A stretch of 39,716 nucleotides of DNA from Nitrospinota bacterium (GTDB taxonomy: Bacteria > UBA8248): assembly GCA_030754595.1 (NCBI GenBank), contig JASLZZ010000062.1, positions 1-39,716 of the forward strand, written 5' to 3'. The notes beneath the pieces were generated by a model, which searched no databases, had not been told where the DNA came from, and saw only the letters and a program-made list of their open reading frames with translations. Positions 27,051-36,124 of this stretch are shown here, piece after piece. Position numbers and translations under genes: made by a program. Every line of letters starts with the position of its first letter. Positions within the stretch are counted from its first letter, which is position 1.

Positions 27051-27191
27051 ATAAATGCGTTCCGAAGGAGAGCCTCATTCCTCCGGTTGAAGCGGTGTAA
27101 TTTGAGTTTGAATGTATCTTGAGTATATCCGCTCACCAAAGGTCGAATCGGTTGGATTTTCGATTCCTCCCAACCCATAAAGTCAGGAAAT

Positions 27192-28220
27192 ATGAATGAT
27201 TTCGAAGCTTCGAAAATTGATTTAAACGGGAAAACCGTTCTTGTGACCGGCGGGACCGGTTCATTTGGGAAGCGGCTCGTCCGAACAATATTGGATGCCT
27301 ACGAGCCGCACAGGCTGATTATTTTTTCCAGGGATGAACTCAAGCAAGTTGAAATGCAACGGGTTCTCGAAAAAGGAAAGCGAGATTGCCTCCGGTTTTT
27401 TATTGGTGATGTGCGGGACGCCAGCCGATTGGAAATGGCGATGCGGGAGGTGGACTATGTGGTTCACGCCGCAGCTTTAAAACAGGTGCCGGTCGCCGAA
27501 TACAATCCGTTTGAATGCATTAATACCAATGTGATCGGCGCCCAGAATGTGGTTTGTGCGGCGCTTCAGACAAATGTGAAGCGAGTAATTGCCTTATCAA
27601 GCGACAAGGCGGTGAGCCCCCTAAATTTGTATGGTGCAAGTAAACTCGCGGCTGACAAAATTTTTGTCGCCGCCAACAACCTGAGCGGGTCAATTGGAAC
27701 TCGGTTTTCCGTCGTTAGGTACGGCAACGTAGTTGGCTCTCGGGGGAGCGTGGTTCCGTTTTTTAGAAAGTTGATTGAAGAAGGCGAAAAAGAACTCCCC
27801 ATAACCGATGTGAGAATGACGAGATTTTGGATTACTTTGGACAGAGGAGTAAATTTTGTCCTTTCATGTTTGGAAATGATGAACGGCGGCGAGATTTTTA
27901 TTCCGAAAATACCCAGCATGAAAATTGTTGATTTGGCTACCGCATTGGCTCCGAAGTTGTCCCATCGTATTGTTGGAATCAGGCCGGGAGAGAAAATCCA
28001 CGAGATTCTCATCACCGCGGATGATGCCCGGTCCACATTGGAGCTGAGAGATCGGTATATCATCGAGCCTACCTATGCATCTTGGTCCCAGGATGCTTGT
28101 CTCGATAAAGGCGCTTCAAGGGTGCCTGAGTTGTTTCACTACAGCAGTGATTCGAATAAGGATTGGCTGGATACAAAGGCGATTTTACATATGGTAAACG
28201 AAGGGGCAGAGGCGTTTTAG
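27192..28220 (+). CDS. pseB: UDP-N-acetylglucosamine 4,6-dehydratase (inverting)
   Basis: TGGTGSFG, SRDELKQ, HAAALKQVP.AEYNPFEC, DKA, YGASK, RYGNVVGSRGSVVP, RMTRFWIT, GIRPGEK. Confidence 0.93.
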   Translation: MNDFEASKIDLNGKTVLVTGGTGSFGKRLVRTILDAYEPHRLIIFSRDELKQVEMQRVLEKGKRDCLRFFIGDVRDASRLEMAMREVDYVVHAAALKQVPVAEYNPFECINTNVIGAQNVVCAALQTNVKRVIALSSDKAVSPLNLYGASKLAADKIFVAANNLSGSIGTRFSVVRYGNVVGSRGSVVPFFRKLIEEGEKELPITDVRMTRFWITLDRGVNFVLSCLEMMNGGEIFIPKIPSMKIVDLATALAPKLSHRIVGIRPGEKIHEILITADDARSTLELRDRYIIEPTYASWSQDACLDKGASRVPELFHYSSDSNKDWLDTKAILHMVNEGAEAF

Positions 28221-28233
28221 CCCAAGATTCTGG

Positions 28234-29079
28234 ATGACACGCCCTCGAATCCTCGTCTCCGGCGCGAGCGGCTTGCTCGGGCCTTATTTGGCCATGGCAG
28301 CGAAGGAATGGGGGGACGTTTTTACGACTTCGCGAACAAGCGGAGATTTTCCTGCCGACCTCATCGACCCGGACGAAACGAAGAATTTAATCAAGAAAAC
28401 GGAGCCGTACATACTTGTCAATGCTGCGGGTCTGACGGATGTGGATTTATGTGAAAAAGATCCGCATTTAGCGTCTGATCTCAATACAAACGTAACGGAA
28501 AACCTTGCCGGTTTACTTTCGTCCGGCGCTTGCTTCGTGTGCATTTCAACCGATCAAGTTTATCCCGACTCGCCGGGGCCACATTTCGAAGGTGCGGAAG
28601 CCCCGGTGAATGTATACGGCCGGAGCAAACTCGCTGGAGAGAAGGCGGCTTTGGCTCATCCGGGCGGGCTGGTGTTACGGACGAACTTTTTCGGACCCTC
28701 ACAGACTCCAGGACGCAACAGCTTGAGTGATTTTTTCATTGATAATTTTCGGGCAAAGAAGGAAGTCACTCTTTTTTCGGACGTTTTTTTTTCCCCGCTA
28801 CATATGAAGACGCTGTGTGATTTGATTTTTCGTTCGGTTTCCGAAGGACTGAGGGGCATATACAACCTGGGCTCGAGGGAAGGTACCTCAAAAGCGGAAT
28901 TTGGATTTTCTGTAGCCCGGCACTTTGGACTTAGTACGGAAAAAGCTATCTTGGGAAAAGCGCAATTGCACCCAGACAGGGCGAAACGACCCGCCGATAT
29001 GCGAATGGATGTGACCAAAATCGAAACTGCTTTGAAAACGAAAATGCCGACGCTCGAGGAAGAAATATCCAGACTTTGA
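28234..29079 (+). CDS. RmlD-like NAD(P)H-dependent nucleotide-sugar 4-keto reductase (SDR)
   Basis: GASGLLG, NAAGLTDVDLCE, ISTDQVY, PVNVYGRSKLAGE, LRTNFFG, AKRP. Confidence 0.88.
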   Translation: MTRPRILVSGASGLLGPYLAMAAKEWGDVFTTSRTSGDFPADLIDPDETKNLIKKTEPYILVNAAGLTDVDLCEKDPHLASDLNTNVTENLAGLLSSGACFVCISTDQVYPDSPGPHFEGAEAPVNVYGRSKLAGEKAALAHPGGLVLRTNFFGPSQTPGRNSLSDFFIDNFRAKKEVTLFSDVFFSPLHMKTLCDLIFRSVSEGLRGIYNLGSREGTSKAEFGFSVARHFGLSTEKAILGKAQLHPDRAKRPADMRMDVTKIETALKTKMPTLEEEISRL

Positions 29080-29105
29080 AGGCTCGTTTTTTATCATAAA
29101 GGTGT

Positions 29106-30845
29106 TTGATTGTGAATATTCTTGGTGTTGCTTTTCTTTCAGATGCGTCGGCGGTTGTAATCCGGGATGGGAAGCTCGCAGCAGGTGTGAGTGAGGAGCG
29201 TCTAAACCGTACCAAGCTATGGCACGGGGTGCCGCAGGGCGCCATTAAGGCAGTACTTAATATCGCTGGGTTGGAACTCAAGGATATTGATCTGGTAGCC
29301 ACTCATGGAGAAGCGCCATCCGTACCGGATCCGAAACCTTTCGAGGAGAAGAAAAGTCATATTCGTGAGGCGGATTTGACGGAGGACGTTCGCGATGCGC
29401 AAATTGCCCATATTCAAAGCCGGTTTGAGCATGAACGAATGGTCCTGGGAGAGCGGACTCCCGCATACCTTGCTGAGATTTACTCATTGGGCCGTCCTGT
29501 CAAAATTTACCCCCATCATAAAGCCCATGCGGCCGGCGCATACTTCGGGTCGGGTTGGAATGAATGCTTTGTGTTAACGGCCGATGGTTGGGGAGAAGAT
29601 GCTTCCGCCACTCTTTGGGAAGTGGACAACGGCGAATTAAAAATTATTTCAAGATCGCATACATTCGATTCACTCGGTTATTTTTATGGCAGTGTGACAA
29701 AAGCGCTCGGCTTCACTCCACATCGCCACGAGGGGAAAGTTCTGGGCCTCGCTGCCTACTGTCAAAACCCCCGTTCGTACCTGAAAATTCGGGAAATGAT
29801 TGATTACGATCCCCAAAATCAAAGTTTCATCGGCCGAATGGAAAAAGGTCTTTACGCCCCGCGCTTCGAAAATCAACATTTAAAGGAATTTGTCGCCGAT
29901 TTTCCGCGGGAAGATATTGCGGCTTCCACTCAAAGAGCTTTGGAGGAAGTTGTATGTGAACTTGTATCGGGGTTGGGGTCCGGAAAATTCCGGTTGGCCT
30001 TGGCGGGTGGTGTCTTCGCAAATGTGAAGCTGAATCAACGAATCCGAGAGATTCCGGCGGTAAGCGAAGTATACGTATTTCCAAACATGGGCGACGGCGG
30101 CTTGTCGGCGGGAGCGGCATGGTTGGCGTATTCCGAGACGAATAGTGGCCCTCCTGCGGCAATTAACGGTGTTTTGTTGGGGCATTCTCCAAATGATTCT
30201 GAAATCGATTCAGCTCTTTCGCAAAGCGGTTTGCGCTTTAACCGATGTCCCGGGATTGAAGTCCGTATTGCCGAACTCCTTGCCGAAGGGAACGTGGTGG
30301 CCCGGTGCTCCGGGCCCATGGAGTATGGCCCGCGAGCCCTGGGCAATCGGAGTATCTTTTTCCACGCCGGCGATAAGACCGTTAACGACTGGCTCAACAA
30401 TCAACTTCAACGCTCTGAATTTATGCCGTTCGCGCCAGCGACTTTAGCGGAGTACGCTCACCTTTATTTCAAAGACATTGAAAAAAGCCGGAACGCCTCG
30501 AATTACATGACGATTACTTTTGACTGTACCGAACGAATGCTCAACGAGGCGCCGGCCGCCGTGCATGTTGACGGAACGGCGCGGCCACAGATAGTTTCGC
30601 GTGAACGCTACCCCGAATTTCACAAAATCCTTAGTGCGTACCATGACCTTACAGGCTTTTCCAATATTATCAATACGAGTTTCAATATGCATGAGGAGCC
30701 GATTGTTTGTACTGCAAGTGACGCAGTTCGCGCATTTCGGGATAGCAAATTGCCATATATGGCGTTGGGGAATTATTTGGTGGAAGGGGTGGAAACTATC
30801 TCTTCGTCCGTGGAACATAAAGGACTTCTGTCAAAGAAGGAATAG
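29106..30845 (+). CDS. Carbamoyltransferase (NodU/CmcH/TobZ family)
   Basis: SEERLNR.K, HHKAHA, DGWGE, SLGYFY, EGKVLGLA, AGGVFANVKLN, MEYGPRALGNRS, PFAP, HVDGTARPQ, NTSFN.H.EPIV. Confidence 0.93.
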   Translation: MIVNILGVAFLSDASAVVIRDGKLAAGVSEERLNRTKLWHGVPQGAIKAVLNIAGLELKDIDLVATHGEAPSVPDPKPFEEKKSHIREADLTEDVRDAQIAHIQSRFEHERMVLGERTPAYLAEIYSLGRPVKIYPHHKAHAAGAYFGSGWNECFVLTADGWGEDASATLWEVDNGELKIISRSHTFDSLGYFYGSVTKALGFTPHRHEGKVLGLAAYCQNPRSYLKIREMIDYDPQNQSFIGRMEKGLYAPRFENQHLKEFVADFPREDIAASTQRALEEVVCELVSGLGSGKFRLALAGGVFANVKLNQRIREIPAVSEVYVFPNMGDGGLSAGAAWLAYSETNSGPPAAINGVLLGHSPNDSEIDSALSQSGLRFNRCPGIEVRIAELLAEGNVVARCSGPMEYGPRALGNRSIFFHAGDKTVNDWLNNQLQRSEFMPFAPATLAEYAHLYFKDIEKSRNASNYMTITFDCTERMLNEAPAAVHVDGTARPQIVSRERYPEFHKILSAYHDLTGFSNIINTSFNMHEEPIVCTASDAVRAFRDSKLPYMALGNYLVEGVETISSSVEHKGLLSKKE

Positions 30846-30850
30846 AAATA

Positions 30851-31915
30851 ATGGTTAAATTTGGGGACCGTTCGGTAGGAGATGGCCATCCTTGTTTTAT
30901 TACCTTTGAAGCGGGACCCACGCACGACGGACTGGAATCGGCGAAAAAGCTGGTGGCCTGCGCCGCCGAATCCGGTGCGGATGCCATAAAGTTTCAAGTT
31001 ATCGATCCGGATCGCCTTGTTGCCGACAAATCGGTTCCTTTTAGTTACGATGTGTTGATCGATCGCGAAAGCGGAGCAACTGAAACCGTTACTGAGCCTC
31101 TCTATGACATCCTCTGCCGGCGTGTGTTAAATGCGTGGGAATGGAAAGAACTGAAGCAATATAGCGACTCCCTCGGGCTCGCTTTTTTTGCCACGATCTG
31201 TTTCCCCGAGGAAATCGATATGCTGGTCGAGTTGGGATGCCATTCTATCAAAATCGCGTCGGCGGACGTGAATCACGTGCCGCTGCTCCGGAAAGCGGCC
31301 CGATCGAATTTATGTTTGCAGTTCGATACGGGGAACGCCACGATCGGAGAGATTGAAGCGGCCATCGATATTATCAGGGAAGAAGGAAACGAGAACGTCA
31401 TAATTCATCATTGCCCCTCCGGATATCCCGCACGCATTGAGAGCATCAATCTCAGAATAATCAGGTCGCTCAGGCAAATGTTCGCGTTTCCGATTGGATT
31501 TTCGGATCACTCACCGGGTTGGGACATGGATGTGGCGGCTGTGGTGATCGGAGCGAACCTGGTTGAAAAAACCATTTCGCTGGACAGAACGACGCCGAGC
31601 ATCGAACACATTATGTCGCTGGAGCCATCTGACACGAAGCAGTTTGTGCAGGTCATTAGGGACTTGGAGCAGGCCCTCGGGTCGCCGCGCAGGATTTTGC
31701 ATCCGGCTGAAAAAGAAAAGCGGCAGATTATCAGGCGGAGCGTGCACGCTCTGGAAGATATGGAGGCGGGGAGGGTGTTGGCCGAGTCCGATTTCGATTA
31801 TAGGCGCCCCGGCGACGGGATTCCTCCCTCGGAGGTGGATGCGCTTGTCGGGAAGACGCTCAAAATATCAAAGTCTCAGGGCGATCGGATCGAGTGGACG
31901 GGTATCAATCTGTAA
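30851..31915 (+). CDS. N-acetylneuraminate synthase family protein (NeuB/SpsE-like, divergent)
   Basis: GADAIKFQ, IKIASAD, HC.SGYP, GFSDHS, EK.ISLDR, SLEP, RRS and C-terminal SAF domain (RPGDGI). Confidence 0.9.
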   Translation: MVKFGDRSVGDGHPCFITFEAGPTHDGLESAKKLVACAAESGADAIKFQVIDPDRLVADKSVPFSYDVLIDRESGATETVTEPLYDILCRRVLNAWEWKELKQYSDSLGLAFFATICFPEEIDMLVELGCHSIKIASADVNHVPLLRKAARSNLCLQFDTGNATIGEIEAAIDIIREEGNENVIIHHCPSGYPARIESINLRIIRSLRQMFAFPIGFSDHSPGWDMDVAAVVIGANLVEKTISLDRTTPSIEHIMSLEPSDTKQFVQVIRDLEQALGSPRRILHPAEKEKRQIIRRSVHALEDMEAGRVLAESDFDYRRPGDGIPPSEVDALVGKTLKISKSQGDRIEWTGINL

Positions 31916-31930
31916 TAATAGAGAGTTGCC

Positions 31931-32551
31931 ATGACTAATTCGTCTGTCGCGGTAATTGATTACGGAATGGGCAATATCAGGTCGGTGTTGAATGCTCTTG
32001 AAGAGGTGGGAGCGGGGGGGGTGCTGGTCGATAATCCGGAGTATTTGGGTTCTTTTGAAAAGGCCATCCTTCCCGGAGTGGGCGCTTTTCAGGAGGCGAT
32101 GGAAAACCTGAACGAGAGCGGAATGACGGAGGCTCTCAACGCCCATGTCTCCCGGGGAAATCAATTATTGGGCGTTTGCCTCGGAATGCAACTCATATGC
32201 CTGGACTCGGAAGAAAACGGTTTCCATGAAGGCCTCGGTTATTTGAATGCCCATGTCGTCTCATTTCCTCAAGTGGCCGGATTGAAAGTGCCCCACATGG
32301 GCTGGAATGCCATCGAATTTCGACAGGGCCATGCGGTATTTTCGGATATCGAAACCGGAAGTGATGTTTACTTTGTCCATTCGTACAATGTGCAGTGTGC
32401 GGATGAATCCAATGTGCTGGCGACTTCGAATTACGGTGTTCCTTTCGTTTCCATCGCGGCAAGCGGTAATGTTTTAGGTATGCAATTTCATCCCGAAAAA
32501 AGCCAAGGCGTGGGATTGCATCTTCTTCGGAATTTTGTTGCCCTTAAATAA
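31931..32551 (+). CDS. hisH: Glutamine amidotransferase, HisH paralog associated with glycan loci (WbuY-like)
   Basis: IDYGMGN, ILPGVGAF, GVCLGMQ, VPHMGWN, YFVHSY, QFHPEKS. Confidence 0.92.
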   Translation: MTNSSVAVIDYGMGNIRSVLNALEEVGAGGVLVDNPEYLGSFEKAILPGVGAFQEAMENLNESGMTEALNAHVSRGNQLLGVCLGMQLICLDSEENGFHEGLGYLNAHVVSFPQVAGLKVPHMGWNAIEFRQGHAVFSDIETGSDVYFVHSYNVQCADESNVLATSNYGVPFVSIAASGNVLGMQFHPEKSQGVGLHLLRNFVALK

Positions 32552-32573
32552 ATTTCGAGTTTCTCGCCGTTAG

Positions 32574-33359
32574 GTGTTTCCTTTGCTAAAGAAACGTCTC
32601 ATCGCCGTTTTAATCCTCCGGCAGGGTCAGGTGGTCCAAAGCATTCGATTCAAGCATACGAACGTCATTCACTACGACGCTGTTCACGCGATTGAAGCGT
32701 TCAATAAATGGGCCATTGACGAAATCGTCATCCTGAATGTAACGCGCGATGAAAGTTCGCGCGATCAGTTCGCCGAGGTGGTTTCCAACGTCTCAAGGCA
32801 TTGTTTTGTCCCCTTAACCGCGGGTGGCTGGATCGGAGACGAGGACTATGCCAAACGTTTATTGCGAAGCGGGGCGGATAAATTGGTTCTCAATACCGCA
32901 GTGGCGGATAATCCGGACCTTGTCCGGACTCTTTCGAAACGCTACGGCCGCCAGTGTATTGTGGCTTCAATCGATGCGAAACGGACCGAGGGGGGAGATG
33001 TCCGGGTTGCAGTTGATCGCGGCCGGAAAATGACCGACTCGGACCCTGTCATGTGGGCGCAAAAGTCGCGCGATCTTGGGGCGGGGGAAATTTTTTTCAA
33101 CTCAATCGATCATGACGGCGCGCGCAAGGGATACGACCTGAAAACATTGACCGAAATTTGCGGGGCGGTTGATCTGCCAGTGATCGCTTTTGGCGGCGTA
33201 TTCACATGGGACCATTTGGCCGAAGGAATCTGCGCGGGCTCGGACGCCGCCGCGGCGGCCAATATTTTCCACTACACGGAGCAGAGCACTAAAAAAGCGA
33301 AATCCTTTCTCGCGAAGGCCGGGATTCCAGTTCGCAAGGAAGGCCGGCATGGGGCTTAG
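32574..33359 (+). CDS. hisF: HisF paralog associated with glycan loci (WbuZ-like ammonia tunnel subunit)
   Basis: DEIVIL, VPLTAGG, GADK, YG.QCIVASIDAK, GAGEI..NSIDHDG...GYD, PVIAFGG. The catalytic Asp of the usual CLD motif is absent (LIAVLIL). Confidence 0.9.
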   Translation: MFPLLKKRLIAVLILRQGQVVQSIRFKHTNVIHYDAVHAIEAFNKWAIDEIVILNVTRDESSRDQFAEVVSNVSRHCFVPLTAGGWIGDEDYAKRLLRSGADKLVLNTAVADNPDLVRTLSKRYGRQCIVASIDAKRTEGGDVRVAVDRGRKMTDSDPVMWAQKSRDLGAGEIFFNSIDHDGARKGYDLKTLTEICGAVDLPVIAFGGVFTWDHLAEGICAGSDAAAAANIFHYTEQSTKKAKSFLAKAGIPVRKEGRHGA

Positions 33360-33406
33360 TCTCTCTCTCTTCATTTAACTTTTTTAATCATATCTGGGGA
33401 AATAAC

Positions 33407-34699
33407 TTGGAATATTGCGCTAGATGCATGTACCCGGCGAACGCCAAACCAACCATCATTATGGATGACGAAGGCGTTTGCAGCGGATGCAGGTACCACG
33501 AGAGCCGCGGGGGGCTTGAGATTAGCTGGGATGAGCGGGAGAAAATGCTCGCTCAGATTCTCGACGAAGCCAAAGTAATGGCCCGTGAGCGGGGAAATTC
33601 ACACGATTGCATTGTCCCTATAAGCGGAGGAAAAGATTCCCACTATCAGGTATGGCTCCTGAAAGAAAAATACGGGATGAATCCCCTTCTGGTGAAGTTC
33701 AATCATGCTTTCAATGCCCCCTCCGGGATTAGAAATCTTGAAAATCTTGTGTCGAAGTCAGGTTTTGACCTGATTCGATATACGGCGGGACTGGATTCGG
33801 TCAGGCGAATATCGAAGTACATGCTGGAAACGGTGGGAGACGTGACCTGGCATTATCATGCCGGTATTCGGACCTTTCCCTTTCAGGTGGCGGTAAATTA
33901 TAACATTCCCCTCATTGTATGGGGAGAACATGGGTTTGCCGAACTCACCGGTTTGGTGACGCTGGAGGATTTCGTTGAGTTCACGAAATGGACACGCAAG
34001 GAACACGACATGCGTGGATTCGAACCTAATGACCTGGTGGGAAAAGGTGGAATCACGGAAAAGGATATCGCCCCGTATGTCTATCCCACCGACGATAAAA
34101 TCGCGGAAACGGAAGTCCGCGGAATCTACCTAAGCAATTTTGTCGTGTGGGACGCAAAGTGTCAGGGCGAAACGATGCAGGAAAAGTGGGACTTCGCCCC
34201 CATCACCTACAAGCGGGACCGCACGTTTAACATATATGCGAAAATCGATGACCATGCGAACGATGTCCACGATTATTTGAAATACTTGAAATTCGGTTAT
34301 GGGCGGGCCACGGATGACGCGAGCATCGAAATTCGCCACGGGCGGATGACGCGGGAAGAAGGCATTGAGATGGTAAGGCAATACGATGCAACCGAGCCTT
34401 CAACGTTGGCCATGTACTGCGATTTTCTGGGCATGAAGACCGAGGATTTTTATAAGCTTGTGGAACCGATGAGGGATCCGTCTGTGTGGGAAAAGTTAAA
34501 CGATGGTCCCTGGAAACCGAAAGACAGCATTACCCGGCATGAAATCGAGGCTTCCGAGGAGGCGGCGCGCGTTTCCCAGTCCGAGGATAGAACCTTCGCG
34601 CCGCACAACATGCATCTTTATTATAACGAAGCGTCTCCTCCCGAGAAAACCGGTGATCCCAGGTTGGACGAATTTCCGAGAAAATTCCAAATTCTATAA
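33407..34699 (+). CDS. N-acetyl sugar amidotransferase (WbuX/PseA/WbpG family)
   Basis: N-terminal CARC...CSGC, PP-loop DCIVPISGGKDS, WGE, HDYLKYLKFGYGRATDDAS.EIR.G.MTREEG. Confidence 0.92.
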   Translation: MEYCARCMYPANAKPTIIMDDEGVCSGCRYHESRGGLEISWDEREKMLAQILDEAKVMARERGNSHDCIVPISGGKDSHYQVWLLKEKYGMNPLLVKFNHAFNAPSGIRNLENLVSKSGFDLIRYTAGLDSVRRISKYMLETVGDVTWHYHAGIRTFPFQVAVNYNIPLIVWGEHGFAELTGLVTLEDFVEFTKWTRKEHDMRGFEPNDLVGKGGITEKDIAPYVYPTDDKIAETEVRGIYLSNFVVWDAKCQGETMQEKWDFAPITYKRDRTFNIYAKIDDHANDVHDYLKYLKFGYGRATDDASIEIRHGRMTREEGIEMVRQYDATEPSTLAMYCDFLGMKTEDFYKLVEPMRDPSVWEKLNDGPWKPKDSITRHEIEASEEAARVSQSEDRTFAPHNMHLYYNEASPPEKTGDPRLDEFPRKFQIL

Positions 34700-34762
34700 A
34701 TCGGGCGGAGGAAGCCGAAAATCCTCCGGCCGGCAAATATCATCCAGGCGAGGAAATGACCG

Positions 34763-35386
34763 GTGACGAAGCAGTTGGATCTGTGGCGTTCTGAATTTGG
34801 CAGCGAATATTCCAAACGGAATAACAACAGGATTACGGAAGAAGATAATCAGCGCCTCATGCAGGACTGGGGGAAAATTCTTGGGCATGCCGTCACCCCT
34901 AAGCCGAAAAGCGTTTTGGAGGTTGGCTGCAATATCGGCCGAAACCTCGTAGCGCTGCGTCATTTCGCGGATGAGATTCATGCCGTGGAGCCGAATCCGG
35001 CTGCATGCCAGGCCGTCCGGGAAAATCCCGTGCTAAAGGATGTTGTCATCAAGGAGGGTGACGGATTCAGCCTTCCCTATGGCGACGAGGAAATCGATCT
35101 CGTTTTTACGTCGGGAGTTTTGATTCATGTCGCGCCGGATGATCTCGGCAGGATGGTCGATGAAATTTTCCGGGTTGCTCGCCATTACATCGTTTGCACC
35201 GAGTATTTTTCTCATGAACCCGAAGAAGTGAAATATCGGGACATGGAAGGGTACTTGTTCAAAAGGGACTTTGGCCGTTTCTATATGGAGCGGCATTCCG
35301 GCTTGCGCGTCCTTGATTACGGCTTCTTGTGGCAACCATTGGACTCCAGCGATGACAGCAACTGGTGGCTTTTTGCAAAACGGTAG
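34763..35386 (+). CDS. Pseudaminic acid biosynthesis-associated SAM methyltransferase
   Basis: W..EFG.EY..RN, SVLEVGCNIG.NL, DLVFTSGVLIH, EYF, LFKRDF, LDYGF. Confidence 0.88.
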   Translation: MTKQLDLWRSEFGSEYSKRNNNRITEEDNQRLMQDWGKILGHAVTPKPKSVLEVGCNIGRNLVALRHFADEIHAVEPNPAACQAVRENPVLKDVVIKEGDGFSLPYGDEEIDLVFTSGVLIHVAPDDLGRMVDEIFRVARHYIVCTEYFSHEPEEVKYRDMEGYLFKRDFGRFYMERHSGLRVLDYGFLWQPLDSSDDSNWWLFAKR

Positions 35387-35401
35387 GGACCGTTCAAGCC
35401 G

Positions 35402-36124
35402 ATGACTCAGGGTCGGGTATTGGGGCTGATTCCCGCCAAGGGCGGTTCAACTCGCCTCCCGCGTAAAAACATCCTCTCCCTTGGGGGGCGTCCGCTGATT
35501 GCCTGGACGGTGGAGGCGGCCCGCGAAAGCGGTGTGATTGATCGGCTGATTGTTTCTACCGAGGATCATGAAGTGGCCGATATCGCAAGTAGCCTTGGAG
35601 CCGAAATTCCGTTTATGCGGCCTCCGGAACTGGCACGGGATCCGGCCGGCGTGGTGGATGTCGCGCTTCATGTCCTGGATGAGCTAGAGCGATCTGGTGA
35701 TCGGTTCGAATCCTTGATTATTTTGATGCCGACATGCCCGTTCCGGAATGCCGATGATATTCGGGCGGCGTACGCCTCCTTCCGTGAGAATCATTGGTCA
35801 TTTTTGATGAGCGTTTCCCGGTTCGGTCATACCCCATTTGCGGCGATGGGACTGGGTGAGAACGATAAGTTGACGCCATATTTCCCCAACCATACCGGAA
35901 AAAAATCCCAGGAACTTCCCCCAGCGTATCGGCCGAACGGCGCGATTCAGATTCTCGATGTCGAAGCTTTTCAAAGAGAAAAAACGTATTTTGGCGAACC
36001 GCTTTTTGGGTATGAAATGCCGATTGAGCGATCAATTGATATTGATAGCGCGGAAGATCTTCGATTCGCTGAAGTGACTATTTCCTCGAGGGGCTCTCCA
36101 GAGGCTCGCGGCGGCCATGAGTAA
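35402..36124 (+). CDS. pseF: Acylneuraminate / pseudaminate cytidylyltransferase (NeuA/PseF family)
   Basis: IPAKGGSTRLPRKN, VSTED, PFMRP.ELA.D, PTCPFR, SQELP..Y..NGA, SIDIDS.ED. Confidence 0.82.
   Translation: MTQGRVLGLIPAKGGSTRLPRKNILSLGGRPLIAWTVEAARESGVIDRLIVSTEDHEVADIASSLGAEIPFMRPPELARDPAGVVDVALHVLDELERSGDRFESLIILMPTCPFRNADDIRAAYASFRENHWSFLMSVSRFGHTPFAAMGLGENDKLTPYFPNHTGKKSQELPPAYRPNGAIQILDVEAFQREKTYFGEPLFGYEMPIERSIDIDSAEDLRFAEVTISSRGSPEARGGHE

Noticed and set aside
28784..28792. T9 tract as a phase-variation site in the rmlD-like gene
   Set aside because: It is explained by the encoded Val-Phe-Phe-Ser codons and is in frame.
31931..33359. Histidine biosynthesis operon
   Set aside because: No other his genes are present, the HisF paralog lacks its N-terminal catalytic Asp, and both genes sit next to a WbuX-family amidotransferase.
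34706..34728. Intrinsic terminator after the amidotransferase gene
   Set aside because: A 7-bp stem (CGGAGGA/TCCTCCG) with no U-tract, inside a tightly packed operon; at most a pause or stability hairpin.
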